This document shows positions 17,776-27,751 of a stretch of 64,000 nt of DNA, one piece after another. The notes beneath the pieces are model-generated. The model did not search any database, was not told where the DNA came from, and saw nothing but the letters and a program-made list of their open reading frames with translations. The DNA lies in NCBI GenBank assembly GCA_022508305.1, contig JAFLVM010000001.1:1032932-1096931 (forward strand). The letters run 5' to 3'. The DNA is from Clostridiales bacterium (GTDB lineage Bacteria > Bacillota > Clostridia > Christensenellales > CAG-314). A program made the translations under genes and the position numbers. Position 1 is the first letter of the stretch. The number at the start of each line of letters is the position of its first letter.

Positions 17776-17890
17776 GTGGCCATGAGATATCTACTGCTTT
17801 GCGCGTAGTTATTGAAATCTAATTTATTTGTTCGTTGCCGAGCTTGATTTGGCAGGTTCGGCAATGAACTAAATAAGAACAGTATGCGAC

Positions 17891-17913
17891 AAGGCTTAAC
17901 TTCATTAAGCCTT
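17891..17913 (+). terminator. Stem-loop after the SBP gene (possible partial terminator or mRNA stabiliser)
   Basis: AAGGCTTAA-CTTC-ATTAAGCCTT, a 9-10 bp stem followed by ATCGTTGTATTT. Confidence 0.35.
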
Positions 17914-17936
17914 ATCGTTGTATTTAACAACATTCC

Positions 17937-17987
17937 CAATGCAACAAATTTCAACGTGATACCGTCACGTTGAGGTTGGTTGCATTG
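17937..17987 (+). other. Compound hairpin just upstream of the permease RBS
   Basis: Outer stem CAATGCAAC/GTTGCATTG (9 bp) and inner stem CAACGTGA/TCACGTTG (8 bp). Confidence 0.4.
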
Positions 17988-18002
17988 ATAAGGAGAGAAT
18001 TT

Positions 18003-19037
18003 ATGTGGAAATACGTACTTAAAAGAATAGGATTGGCGCTGCTGACCGCCTTTATCGTTCTTTCACTTACTTACATATTGATAAGAATGTTGCCGGCGCA
18101 AAAATTCGTCGGTACGCCGGCGCAGCAGACAGCCTACTACGATCACGAAGTAACCATGGGTTACATGTACAAGTCGGAAACGCCTGTCGAGGGCGGAGAG
18201 CTTGTAGACAAAGTCACTTACGAAGATTACTCCGTAGTGTACTACTACAAAATGCCCGTTATGGTGCAGTACTTTTCTTGGCTGGGCAACATCATCACCC
18301 GTTGGGATTGGGGCAGATCGGTTAGCATTCAGCCCAACGTCGACGTTACCGTCATTTTGGGTACCCGACTGGCTACGTCAATGAAACTCAACGTCATTTC
18401 GATATTTACGTCATTGCCGTTGGGTATCGGACTGGGCATTTGGGCGGCTTTGAAGAAAAACAAAATGACCGACCACATCATTTCGACGGTGGTAATGATT
18501 TTGATTGCATTGCCCGGTTTCGTACTATTCACCTTCCTTTTGTTGGCATTTTGCTACAACGGATCTTTGCCTACGCAGTGGCCGAACCCCACCGACCCGA
18601 CGTCTTGGAAAGCAGCGGGATACGTTTTGCCCATCATATGCTTGTCGCTTGGCTCCATTTGCGGCTACTGCCGTTTCGTGCGCGCCGAGCTGTGCGAAGT
18701 TATGGAAAGCGAATACCTGTTGCTTGCCCGTACCAAAGGTTTGACGCGTGGACAGGCAATAGTGCGTCACGCATTGAAGAACGCAATGGTGCCTATTTTC
18801 CCATCCATTCTTGCCGAATTTTTGGGCATCATGGGCGGTTCCACGATTTTGGAACGTCTGTACGGTATACCGGGCATTGGCGACTTGTTCGTCCGTTCAA
18901 TGAACGCCGCTTCGCCTGACTACAACGTGCTATTCGTGGATATGGCAATATTTACCACGTTTGGCTTGCTTGCAGGCGTCCTGTTGGATATGTCATACGG
19001 GTTCATTGATCCGAGAATACGTATGGGGGCGAGATAA
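18003..19037 (+). CDS. Opp/Dpp ABC transporter permease (OppB-like)
   Basis: MWKYVLKRIGLALLT start after an AGGAGAG RBS, LARTKGLTRGQ motif, C-terminal IDPRIR. Confidence 0.88.
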   Translation: MWKYVLKRIGLALLTAFIVLSLTYILIRMLPAQKFVGTPAQQTAYYDHEVTMGYMYKSETPVEGGELVDKVTYEDYSVVYYYKMPVMVQYFSWLGNIITRWDWGRSVSIQPNVDVTVILGTRLATSMKLNVISIFTSLPLGIGLGIWAALKKNKMTDHIISTVVMILIALPGFVLFTFLLLAFCYNGSLPTQWPNPTDPTSWKAAGYVLPIICLSLGSICGYCRFVRAELCEVMESEYLLLARTKGLTRGQAIVRHALKNAMVPIFPSILAEFLGIMGGSTILERLYGIPGIGDLFVRSMNAASPDYNVLFVDMAIFTTFGLLAGVLLDMSYGFIDPRIRMGAR

Positions 19038-19038
19038 C

Positions 19039-20982
19039 ATGGATAAAAAGCAATTTGAACAATACAACTCCATACCTAAGGAGAAATTCACCTTTGCAAC
19101 GCAAGGGGAAATGATCCACGACAAAAAGTTAGACACCAAGGCGGTTAGCCACGCTAAGGACTCATTCAGACGCTTTTGCAAAAACAAGGCGTCGGTAGTT
19201 GCGGCTATCATACTTGGAATTATCATACTGCTTGCTATTTTCGGTCCGGTAGTTACTGGCGCCGACATTGACAGAGTGAGCGTAAGAGAACAATTTTTGG
19301 AGCCGAAGCTGTTTGAAGCAGGCACAGGTTTTTGGGACGGCACGAAAAAGTATACCAACGTTATTTACGACACCGAGGGAAAGGTACCTGCGGGTTTTTA
19401 CGCTCCTGCCGTAATGAATTTGGTTGTCGACGAAGAACCCACCGCAGTCAACATGGCGTCACCCTTCGGTAAGGGCGGTTTCGTTATGTTTGAAAATCAA
19501 ATGGCAGTGGAGGACGACACTCCCGACGACGGTGAAGACGACGAGGACGTTGTTACAACGGTGTTGACGAGCAGCACTCTGTCATCTGACACCTTCTACG
19601 TTAGCGCAAGCGGAAACTACATGGTAAACATAGCGCTTGGCGACACTAACGGTATCAACGAGGGGCAGTTGGGACAATTCCGTATCTACTTGAAAAACGG
19701 TGACGATATTATTTTGTTGAAGTCATGGTCTACAGACTATACCTCCGTAGCCTTGAACCTCAGCGGCGCATTGCAAGCTAAGGGTATCGAAGAAATTGCC
19801 GACGCGAGATTGGTTTTCGAACTGAAATCGGCTGCTGACACCTATTCGTATTTGCTTATCGAAAGCTGCGTGTTTACGGCGAACGCAAGTGAAACGGAAG
19901 CTCACCTTGCGCGTCTTGAAAAAATCGGCTTTACCGACGCAACGGAAATGGTACTTCGCGCAAAAGACGGTTTGGGAGTATTCCCCGAAGGTTACTGGTC
20001 ATGCGTAGGTAGAAAGGGCGTTTACGCATCTATCGTTTACTACTGTTCTTTCACCTTCGACACGTACGCTGCCGTTTACGACCAAACGGAAGTTGTCTAT
20101 GCAAAATCCGACATGGATTACTTCGAATCAATGGGTTGGTGTACGTATAATCCCGACATCGGTCCGGAATCTTTTGAGAAACTGTCCGACGACTGCCCGA
20201 TTGAAAGTATCGTCTCGCAAAAAGTAAACTCCCGTACGGGCGAATTGTTGGAATTTACGGCAATGAGCTACCGTTACAAGCAAATGGGCTACAAGAAAAT
20301 GCCGAAGTTCATTTTCGGTACGGACAGCAGCGGTGTTGACGTATTCAGCCGTATGTTTGCAGGTTTGCGCACTTCGTTGGTTTTGGGTGTTGCAACGTTT
20401 GCATTCTGTTTCCTGTTCGGACTTGTTTGGGGTTCTATCTCTGGTTACTTCGGCGGAATAGTAGACCTTTCAATGGAACGTTTCTGCGACATTTTGGGTG
20501 GCGTGCCTTGGTTGGTTGTTATGACCTTGTGCATACTGCACTTGGGCAACAACTTCTTCACCTTCTTCCTTGCATTGTGTATGACAGGATGGATGGGTAC
20601 GGCAGGTCTTACGCGTACGCAGTTCTACCGTTTCAAGGGTATGGAACACGTGCTTGCAGCAAGAACGCTTGGCGCAAGAGACGTGAGACTGATATTTAAA
20701 CATATCTTACCCAACTCACTGGGTACCATCATTACCTCGTCGGTATTGATGATCCCGAGCGTAATTTACAGCGAAGCAACGTTGGCGTACTTGAACCTCG
20801 GTTTGCAGGGCGTTACTTCATTCGGCGTAATGCTCGCTAACAACCAACAGTATCTACAATCGCACTCCTATTTGATAATTATTCCGTCAGTGGTAATGGC
20901 TTTAATGATGATATCATTTAACCTGTTCGGCAACGGACTGAGAGACGCCGTCAACCCGACGTTGAAAGGATCGGAGGGATAA
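19039..20982 (+). CDS. Opp/Dpp ABC transporter permease (OppC-like) with a ~330-aa extracytoplasmic insertion after TM1
   Basis: ATG lies 1 nt after the oppB stop. The conserved FGTDSSGVDVFSRM motif and BPD_transp core are in the C-terminal half. A long non-hydrophobic insert follows the first TM helix. Confidence 0.85.
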   Translation: MDKKQFEQYNSIPKEKFTFATQGEMIHDKKLDTKAVSHAKDSFRRFCKNKASVVAAIILGIIILLAIFGPVVTGADIDRVSVREQFLEPKLFEAGTGFWDGTKKYTNVIYDTEGKVPAGFYAPAVMNLVVDEEPTAVNMASPFGKGGFVMFENQMAVEDDTPDDGEDDEDVVTTVLTSSTLSSDTFYVSASGNYMVNIALGDTNGINEGQLGQFRIYLKNGDDIILLKSWSTDYTSVALNLSGALQAKGIEEIADARLVFELKSAADTYSYLLIESCVFTANASETEAHLARLEKIGFTDATEMVLRAKDGLGVFPEGYWSCVGRKGVYASIVYYCSFTFDTYAAVYDQTEVVYAKSDMDYFESMGWCTYNPDIGPESFEKLSDDCPIESIVSQKVNSRTGELLEFTAMSYRYKQMGYKKMPKFIFGTDSSGVDVFSRMFAGLRTSLVLGVATFAFCFLFGLVWGSISGYFGGIVDLSMERFCDILGGVPWLVVMTLCILHLGNNFFTFFLALCMTGWMGTAGLTRTQFYRFKGMEHVLAARTLGARDVRLIFKHILPNSLGTIITSSVLMIPSVIYSEATLAYLNLGLQGVTSFGVMLANNQQYLQSHSYLIIIPSVVMALMMISFNLFGNGLRDAVNPTLKGSEG

Positions 20983-20984
20983 TT

Positions 20985-23129
20985 ATGGAAAAGAAATTAG
21001 AAGTCAAAAACTTAAGAATATCCTTCCGTACCGACGCAGGCAAGGTGCAAGCCGTTCGCGACATAAGTTTTGACCTGTACAAAGGCGAAACGCTCGCAAT
21101 CGTCGGCGAGTCCGGTAGCGGCAAGTCGGTTACAAACCGCGCCATTATCGGTATTCTTGCCAACAACGGTATGATTGAAAGCGGCGAGATAATTTACGAC
21201 GGACAAGACCTCGTTCAAATTTCCGAAGAGGACTTCCACAAGCTTCGTGGCGACAAGATCGCAATGATATTCCAAGACCCGCTGTCAAGCTTGAACCCAA
21301 TAGTGCGTATTGGTCAACAAATGACTGAAGCAATGCTCCTTAAGGGTAAGGCGAGTCAAAGGAACGCGCGCAAAATCTTCAACAGCAAATTAAAATTGTT
21401 GAACGAGAGCATGGACGCGCTTGTGTCTGACAACCCATCTAAGGTTGCGGAAAACAACGGCAAAATCAAAACATTTGACAACTTCTGCATCAACAGCACC
21501 AAGTTGGAGAGCCACTACAACGAGATTCACCGCGCGGCGGAAGAACTCAAGGTGGACGTTGACGACTGCGTGTTCCTGCTTGAACACAAGCAAAAGGTAG
21601 ACGTAAAGGCGCAAATCAGTCACTTCGTAAAACGTCTGAACGCGACGATACACCCCGACATCGTGGTGAAGGACGAGGAATTCACCTCAATTTCCGACGG
21701 ATTGAGAGTCGTTGACGTTCACGACGGCGAAGCGGTGGTAGGTTTACTCAAGCGTCTGTCTGCGTTGCTTGAAAAAGCGACGAATAGGGAAAAACCCAAC
21801 TACTTTACGCTCGGTTACTACATGATGCGTAATCCCGAAGCCAATTTGGACGACATGCCCCTTGACGAGCTTACGAATATGACTCGTAAATTCCTCGACG
21901 AAGAGTTCATGTTGGACTTCATTTCCGAGGGCGCAAAGGGCTTGAAGTACAGTCACGACAAGTCTATTGCGGCAAAACGCGAATTGCTTGCGGCAACAGA
22001 CGAAGTGTTGGAGTATTTCCGCAACGACACCTTGGACAAAAAGGTCGCTACCGAAAAGGCAAACGCTATTTCGAAACAGGTAGAAGTGGCAATCGACCGT
22101 CTGGAAATTGTCAAAAACAGCGTAGAATACACCTTCAAGAGCAGTGTTCACGCCGCATTGAACAAGTACTTTGACGGCTTGGTAAGAAACCCCAAGGAGC
22201 AAAGACGTTTCGACAAGCAAACGGCTAAGCGCGAGGCGTTGATTGCTAAGGGCAAGTCTCCCGACTGGAAGGTTGTTCCTGCCGCTTTGTTTGACCTTGA
22301 ACTGGGCAGAAAGAACATTCGCGCGGTGTTGCACAATCTTCGCGCAAGCATTCGCAGAGATTTGGACAACGACGCAAGCTTTAACGCCGAAACCAAGATG
22401 GTTGAGCTGATTGACTACCTCAAGGAACAGGCGTCGGCAGTGGTGTACAAGGTTACTCCCAAGATGGCAAAGGCTAAGGCTTTGAAATTGATGGAAGAGG
22501 TTGGTATACCCGAACCCGCTATCCGTTACAGACAGTATCCGTTCGAGTTTTCAGGCGGTATGCGTCAACGTATCGTTATCGCTATTGCTTTGGCGGCTAA
22601 CCCCGACATCTTGATTTGCGACGAGCCGACGACGGCTTTGGACGTTACGATTCAAGCGCAAATACTTGAGCTTATCAACAGAATCAAGGCGGAACGTCAC
22701 CTGTCGGTTATTTTCATTACGCACAACCTTGGCGTTGTTGCTAACATGGCAGACAGAATTGCCGTCATGTACGCAGGCAAAATCGTCGAGTACGGCACGG
22801 CGGACGATGTGTTTTACGACCCCAGACACCCCTACACTTGGGCATTACTTTCCTCTATGCCCGACCTTGACACCAAGGAAAAGTTAGAGGCAATTCCGGG
22901 TACCCCGCCCAACATGATATTCCCTCCCAAGGGAGACGCGTTTGCGGCAAGAAACAAGTTCGCGTTGCAAATCGACTTCGAGGAGCAACCGCCCATGTTC
23001 CAAGTCAGTGACACTCACTACGCGGCAACTTGGCTGTTGCACCCGAGCGCTCCCAAGGTAGATCCGCCTAAGATTGTAACTGACCGTATCAAGAGAATGA
23101 AGAAAAAGGAGGCTGAGACAAATGGCTGA
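20985..23129 (+). CDS. Opp/Dpp ABC transporter ATP-binding protein (OppD-like) with a very large internal insertion
   Basis: Walker A GESGSGKS, Q-loop MIFQDP (aa 94-99), signature FSGGMRQR (aa 522-529), Walker B LICDEPTTALD, 714 aa. Confidence 0.88.
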   Translation: MEKKLEVKNLRISFRTDAGKVQAVRDISFDLYKGETLAIVGESGSGKSVTNRAIIGILANNGMIESGEIIYDGQDLVQISEEDFHKLRGDKIAMIFQDPLSSLNPIVRIGQQMTEAMLLKGKASQRNARKIFNSKLKLLNESMDALVSDNPSKVAENNGKIKTFDNFCINSTKLESHYNEIHRAAEELKVDVDDCVFLLEHKQKVDVKAQISHFVKRLNATIHPDIVVKDEEFTSISDGLRVVDVHDGEAVVGLLKRLSALLEKATNREKPNYFTLGYYMMRNPEANLDDMPLDELTNMTRKFLDEEFMLDFISEGAKGLKYSHDKSIAAKRELLAATDEVLEYFRNDTLDKKVATEKANAISKQVEVAIDRLEIVKNSVEYTFKSSVHAALNKYFDGLVRNPKEQRRFDKQTAKREALIAKGKSPDWKVVPAALFDLELGRKNIRAVLHNLRASIRRDLDNDASFNAETKMVELIDYLKEQASAVVYKVTPKMAKAKALKLMEEVGIPEPAIRYRQYPFEFSGGMRQRIVIAIALAANPDILICDEPTTALDVTIQAQILELINRIKAERHLSVIFITHNLGVVANMADRIAVMYAGKIVEYGTADDVFYDPRHPYTWALLSSMPDLDTKEKLEAIPGTPPNMIFPPKGDAFAARNKFALQIDFEEQPPMFQVSDTHYAATWLLHPSAPKVDPPKIVTDRIKRMKKKEAETNG

Positions 23130-24630
23130 AAAAGAAGTATTGCTGTCTGTACAGCACCTTGAACAGTTCTTCAAGATGGGCAAACATCAATTAAAGGCAG
23201 TAAACGACGTTTCTTTTGACATCTACAAGGGCGAAGTTTTCGGTCTTGTCGGCGAATCCGGTTGCGGAAAAACCACGACGGGTCGTTCAATCATCAGACT
23301 GTACGACATAACGGGCGGTTCCGTTTATCTTGGAGGTACGCGAATTGCGGCAGGCACTCGCCGCTACAAAGAGGCAATTAAGGTTGCGAAAAGCAATTTC
23401 AAGGCGGAAGTAGCGGAGCTAAACAAGCAACGCAAGGACGAACTGGCAACCGTTGTCAGTGATGACGAGAAACGCGCAGTAGAGGCAAAGTACGCCGCGA
23501 TTATCGAAGAAAAAGCGGCTACGCTGAAAGCATTTGTTGAAGAGCAAAACAGTGAAATAGGCAAAGCCAAGTTCGATCACAAGTACTGCAACCGCGAATA
23601 CGCCCGCGCTCAACAGAAAAAGGTGGACGAAAAGTACGCTGACAGGGTTCCGCTTGCGGCAAAGAGAATACTGCTTCGCGAAGTTGACAAACTCACCCGT
23701 CAAAAGAACGCAGAAATCAAGGCGGCGACAACCGAAGGCGAAAGACAGGTTGTAGACGTCAAATACACGACGCTCATTGACGAAAAAAAGGCGGAAATTC
23801 AAAGGTTGACCGAGGCGCAAGCAAGCGGCAACATAGAACAGGCGGAACTTACCAAGGCTTACAACAGCGAACGCCGTCTTGCGGGTAAGGACAGAATTAC
23901 CAACAAGATGCAAATGATTTTCCAAGATCCTATCGCGTCCCTTGACCCCCGTATGACGGTAAGAGAAATTATCGCGGAAGGCTTGGTTATTCGCGGCATC
24001 AAGGACAGAAAAGTAATTGACGAAAAGGTTTACGAAGTGCTTGACCTCGTTGGTCTTGTTCCAGAACACGCAGGCAGATACCCGCACGAATTCAGCGGCG
24101 GTCAACGTCAACGTATCGGTATTGCAAGAGCGATAGTGCTGAATCCCGAGTTGATTATCGCCGACGAACCTATTTCGGCGTTGGACGTATCCATTCAGGC
24201 GCAAGTAATCAACCTGTTGAACGACCTTCGTAACAGACTGGGCTTGACAATACTGTTCATCGCGCACGACCTGTCGGTAGTTAAGTACTTCAGCGACAGA
24301 ATTGCAGTCATGTATTTCGGTAATCTTGTAGAATTGACAACGAGTGACGAGCTTTTCGCTCATCCGTTGCACCCCTACACCAAATCGTTGCTGTCGGCAA
24401 TTCCAATTCCCGACCCGCACTACGAAAAACAGCGTAAGCGTATTACCTACAATCCGCTTGCAAGTCACGATTACACGGTAAACAAACCAACGCTACGCGA
24501 GGTTGCTCCAGGACACTTCGTTCACTGTAACGACGAGGAGTTTGCGCGCTATCAAGCCGAGCTTGTAAAACAGGAAGAATTGAAAGCAAGCGCACCCGCC
24601 CCTTCGAAAAAGAAGAAGGCTACAAAGTAA
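23122..24630 (+). CDS. Opp/Dpp ABC transporter ATP-binding protein (OppF-like) with a ~190-aa charged insertion
   Basis: Walker [10 protein letters not shown] (aa 44-52), Q-loop MIFQDP (aa 265-270), signature FSGGQRQR, Walker [12 protein letters not shown], 502 aa. It overlaps the oppD end by 8 nt. Confidence 0.88.
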   Translation: MAEKEVLLSVQHLEQFFKMGKHQLKAVNDVSFDIYKGEVFGLVGESGCGKTTTGRSIIRLYDITGGSVYLGGTRIAAGTRRYKEAIKVAKSNFKAEVAELNKQRKDELATVVSDDEKRAVEAKYAAIIEEKAATLKAFVEEQNSEIGKAKFDHKYCNREYARAQQKKVDEKYADRVPLAAKRILLREVDKLTRQKNAEIKAATTEGERQVVDVKYTTLIDEKKAEIQRLTEAQASGNIEQAELTKAYNSERRLAGKDRITNKMQMIFQDPIASLDPRMTVREIIAEGLVIRGIKDRKVIDEKVYEVLDLVGLVPEHAGRYPHEFSGGQRQRIGIARAIVLNPELIIADEPISALDVSIQAQVINLLNDLRNRLGLTILFIAHDLSVVKYFSDRIAVMYFGNLVELTTSDELFAHPLHPYTKSLLSAIPIPDPHYEKQRKRITYNPLASHDYTVNKPTLREVAPGHFVHCNDEEFARYQAELVKQEELKASAPAPSKKKKATK

Positions 24631-24683
24631 AACGAGTAAAATTCTGAAAGGAAGAGGCAATATCGTCTCTTCCTTAAACAACT

Positions 24684-25193
24684 ATGAAAAAAGACGAAAA
24701 AGAAAACTTAACCACGACGGAAATACCCGAAACGCCCGAAACGCCCCAAGCGTCGCCCGCCAACTTCAAAAAGTCTAAAAATAGGCGTTGGTTGCCCTAC
24801 GTTATCACTGCGGCGGTGCTTGCAGCGTTGACGTTGCTCATCGCTTGGGCTTTCGGCGGCTACAATCATGCGGAAACGTGGGTTATTATTTGCTACTGGG
24901 GCGACTCGTTCGCAATCCCCGGCGCGGTTTGCTTTGGATTCGGTATTCTGGTTTGGGCAAGCAATGGCGGCGCGTTCGATATTTTCGCTTACGGCGGAAG
25001 AATATTCGTGCGTATGTTTTTCAAAAAGGACGTTATTGACCGCAAATACCGTACCTACTACGATTACCGTGAGTCACGCAAGGATAAATCGCGTAGTTTT
25101 TGGTTTATGATAATCGTAGGCGGCGCGTATCTGACGGTTGGCGCTGTGTTGCTAATAGTCGGTCGTCAACTGATGCCCGAATATATGCATTAA
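24684..25193 (+). CDS. Small membrane protein, DUF3899-like
   Basis: 169 aa with three or four predicted TM helices. The pattern WGDSFAIPGAV ... GGAFDIFAYG ... YRESR resembles the DUF3899 family, recalled from memory. Confidence 0.55.
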   Translation: MKKDEKENLTTTEIPETPETPQASPANFKKSKNRRWLPYVITAAVLAALTLLIAWAFGGYNHAETWVIICYWGDSFAIPGAVCFGFGILVWASNGGAFDIFAYGGRIFVRMFFKKDVIDRKYRTYYDYRESRKDKSRSFWFMIIVGGAYLTVGAVLLIVGRQLMPEYMH

Positions 25194-25260
25194 CGGTGTT
25201 TGCGCTTATTTGGGAGCTTACGAATCGCACAAATACGTTGCAAAAATGAATTAGTACGAA

Positions 25261-25291
25261 AGAAACCGAATAAAATCGGTTTCTTTTTTTT
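25261..25291 (+). terminator. Rho-independent terminator
   Basis: Perfect 9-bp stem AGAAACCGA/TCGGTTTCT followed by a T7 run. Confidence 0.8.
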
Positions 25292-25537
25292 GTTTTTATT
25301 ATCTATTTTTATTTTTATTATCTGTTTTTATTTTTTCGTTTCTTTTTTTATTTTTTCTTTTCTGTTTTTTTTGATAAAGGTGTTGGATTGACGTTAAAAA
25401 ACGAAATGACGTCGAGCGTTTGAGTCGTCTGAAAGTTAGGTTTAAAAATTTTGAATATCATCAAATAAATATCAAATAAATCTCAAAAAATTATCAAAAA
25501 AATCTCAAAAAAATATTGAAAATAACGGTATATTTGT

Positions 25538-25567
25538 TTGACAGGGGGTTGATTTCCGTGTTAAAAT
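25538..25567 (+). promoter_or_regulatory. S10 operon promoter (extended -10) preceded by phased A-tracts
   Basis: TTGACA (25538-25543), an 18-nt spacer ending TGT, then TAAAAT (25562-25567). The upstream 100 nt is A-tract rich with a ~11-nt period. Confidence 0.6.
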
Positions 25568-25835
25568 ATTCAAGCTGCGATTAGGGATTGACGCGCAAGG
25601 TTACTGAGAAAACAGAAAACTTGCTGCCGACCCAGCATCACCAAGAGTGGTGCGCCGAATGAACTTTTAAGCAGTATCAGGTGTTAAGTGACTTCAAAAC
25701 TCAAACTGACACAGATATTTTACGGGCAAATTTAGTTTGCTTTATTAAAAGCCGCAGCAGGAAACACACGGCGGTGTTGTCGCCAAAGTGAACTTCCAAA
25801 ACATTCGGACGATAAAACAAAAAAGGAGAAAAAAC

Positions 25836-26144
25836 ATGGCAACACAAAGAATCAGAATCAAACTCAAGTCCTACGACCACAACCTTGTTGACCTCGCTTG
25901 CGGCAAAATCGTCGAAGCGGCTCAAAAGATGGGTAGTAAGGTCTCCGGTCCTATCCCCCTTCCTACGGAAAAAGAGATAGTAACGGTACTCCGCGCAACG
26001 CACAAGTACAAGGACGCGCGCGAGCAATTCGAACTTAGAACGTACAAACGCTTGATTGACATCTACAGCCCCAACGCTAAGACGGTTGACTCTCTGACGA
26101 AGCTTGACCTTCCCGCGGGCATTGATATCAAAATCAAGCTGTAA
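25836..26144 (+). CDS. rpsJ: 30S ribosomal protein S10
   Basis: [15 protein letters not shown]..., AGGAG RBS, first gene of the S10 cluster. The track start at 25788 was rejected. Confidence 0.97.
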   Translation: MATQRIRIKLKSYDHNLVDLACGKIVEAAQKMGSKVSGPIPLPTEKEIVTVLRATHKYKDAREQFELRTYKRLIDIYSPNAKTVDSLTKLDLPAGIDIKIKL

Positions 26145-26176
26145 CTAAATAATACGAAAAGGAGTGAACTTTATCT

Positions 26177-26803
26177 ATGAATAAAGCAATCATTGGAAAA
26201 AAGCTCGGTATGACACAGGTATTCCAGAGCGACGGAACGATGGTTCCGGTAACGGTAATTCAAGCAGGTCCGTGCGCAGTAACGCAGGTTAAGACGGTAG
26301 AACGCGACGGATACGCAGCAGTGCAACTCGGTTTTGAAGAGGTTCCCGAAAGAAAGCTCAACAAACCCGAACTCGGACACTTGAAGGCAGCAGGCGTCAA
26401 AGTTAAGCACCTTCACGAGTTCAAGCTGGAAGGTTCCACCCTTGCAGTGGGCGACAAAGTTAGTTGCGACGTGTTCGCAGCGGGCGAATTCGTTGACGTA
26501 ACAGGCGTAACCAAGGGTCACGGCTTCACGGGCGTAATCAAGCGTTGGAATCAACACAGACTTAAGGAAACCCACGGTGTGGGCCCCGTTCACAGAGAAG
26601 TAGGTTCAATGGGTCCCATCAGTAGCCCCTCGCGCGTAATGCCCGGCAAAAACCTTCCCGGTCAATACGGCGTAGAGCAAGTAACAGTATTAAACCTCTC
26701 GGTAGTAAAAGTCGACAAAGAGTTGGGAGTAATCCTTGTAAAGGGAGCAGTCCCCGGCGCAAAGAACAGTATCGTATACGTTCGCAACGCCGTTAAAAAA
26801 TAA
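26177..26803 (+). CDS. rplC: 50S ribosomal protein L3
   Basis: Conserved L3 sequence (GKKLGMTQVF..., TKGHGFTGVIKRWN) and operon order. Confidence 0.97.
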   Translation: MNKAIIGKKLGMTQVFQSDGTMVPVTVIQAGPCAVTQVKTVERDGYAAVQLGFEEVPERKLNKPELGHLKAAGVKVKHLHEFKLEGSTLAVGDKVSCDVFAAGEFVDVTGVTKGHGFTGVIKRWNQHRLKETHGVGPVHREVGSMGPISSPSRVMPGKNLPGQYGVEQVTVLNLSVVKVDKELGVILVKGAVPGAKNSIVYVRNAVKK

Positions 26804-26822
26804 GGTGAAAAGGAGATAGAAA

Positions 26823-27446
26823 ATGTTAGTTAAAGTATTTAACACTAAGGCAAGCGAAGTTGGAACACTCGAACTTAGCGACGCCGTGTTCGGTTGCGAC
26901 TACAACGAAGCTCTTATTCACCAAGCAGTCGTAGCCTACCAAGCAAACCAAAGACAAGGAACCAAATCGGCATTGACCCGCACCGAAGTAAGAGGCGGCG
27001 GCATCAAGCCTTGGAGACAAAAGGGAACAGGCAGAGCGCGTCAAGGCTCTATCCGCGCTCCGCAATGGATCAAGGGTGGCGTTGTGTTCGCACCGAAGCC
27101 CCGTGATTTCCGCAAAAAGCTCAACAAGAAGATGAAGGCGCAAGCATTCAAGAGCGCAATCAGCGAAAAGCTCAGACTCAACGAACTTATCATCGTTGAC
27201 GAAATCAAGCTGGACGCTCCCAAGACCAAGCTGGTTGCCCAAATCCTCAAGAACTTCAACTTCGACAAACGTACTCTTCTGCTCGTTTCGGGCGACAGCG
27301 CAGACGTAGTGAGAGCAGGCGCTAACATCGAAAAGTTGACTGTTACCGACGCAGCTCTTGCAAACATCTACGAAATTGTTTCCAACGTTGCAATCATCGC
27401 AACCAAGGACGCAATAAAGCAAATTGAGGAGGCATATTCACTATGA
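26823..27446 (+). CDS. rplD: 50S ribosomal protein L4
   Basis: RGGGIKPWRQKGTGRARQGS motif and operon order. Confidence 0.97.
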   Translation: MLVKVFNTKASEVGTLELSDAVFGCDYNEALIHQAVVAYQANQRQGTKSALTRTEVRGGGIKPWRQKGTGRARQGSIRAPQWIKGGVVFAPKPRDFRKKLNKKMKAQAFKSAISEKLRLNELIIVDEIKLDAPKTKLVAQILKNFNFDKRTLLLVSGDSADVVRAGANIEKLTVTDAALANIYEIVSNVAIIATKDAIKQIEEAYSL

Positions 27447-27733
27447 ATTCCTACGATATAATCAGACGTCCGGTATTGACGGAAAAAAGCTACGCCGGCA
27501 TCCCCGCTAAGACCTACACCTTCGAGGTAGCTAAATCTGCCAACAAGGTAGAAATCAAGCGCGCGGTTGAAGAAATCTTCGGCGTAAAAGTGGAACACAT
27601 TACAACAAGTACCGTAAAGGGTAAGTTGAGAAGACAGGGAAGAGCGCAAGGTTACACCCCTGATTGGAAAAAGGCGACAGTTCGCCTGACCTCCGACAGC
27701 AAGGCAATCGAGTTCTTTGAAAGTCTGTCCTAA
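27443..27733 (+). CDS. rplW: 50S ribosomal protein L23
   Basis: Conserved L23 sequence, ATGA overlap with rplD. Confidence 0.96.
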   Translation: MNSYDIIRRPVLTEKSYAGIPAKTYTFEVAKSANKVEIKRAVEEIFGVKVEHITTSTVKGKLRRQGRAQGYTPDWKKATVRLTSDSKAIEFFESLS

Positions 27734-27751
27734 TGACGGAGGATTACTGAA

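Noticed and set aside
23419-24468. 349-aa minus-strand ORF
   Set aside because: Antisense to the OppF-like ATPase, whose Walker A, Q-loop, signature and Walker B motifs are all intact in the plus frame.
20985-24630. The large OppD/OppF inserts as frameshifted or fused separate genes
   Set aside because: Both ORFs are continuous, with all NBD motifs in the same frame on either side of the insert. There are no internal RBS-plus-start signals.
25200-25391. 63-aa plus-strand ORF and the possibility that the T-rich repeats are a CRISPR or tandem-repeat array
   Set aside because: The ORF is a translation of poly-T tracts (FFFLFLL...). The repeats are irregular homopolymer runs without conserved repeat/spacer structure, so I interpret them as curved upstream DNA.
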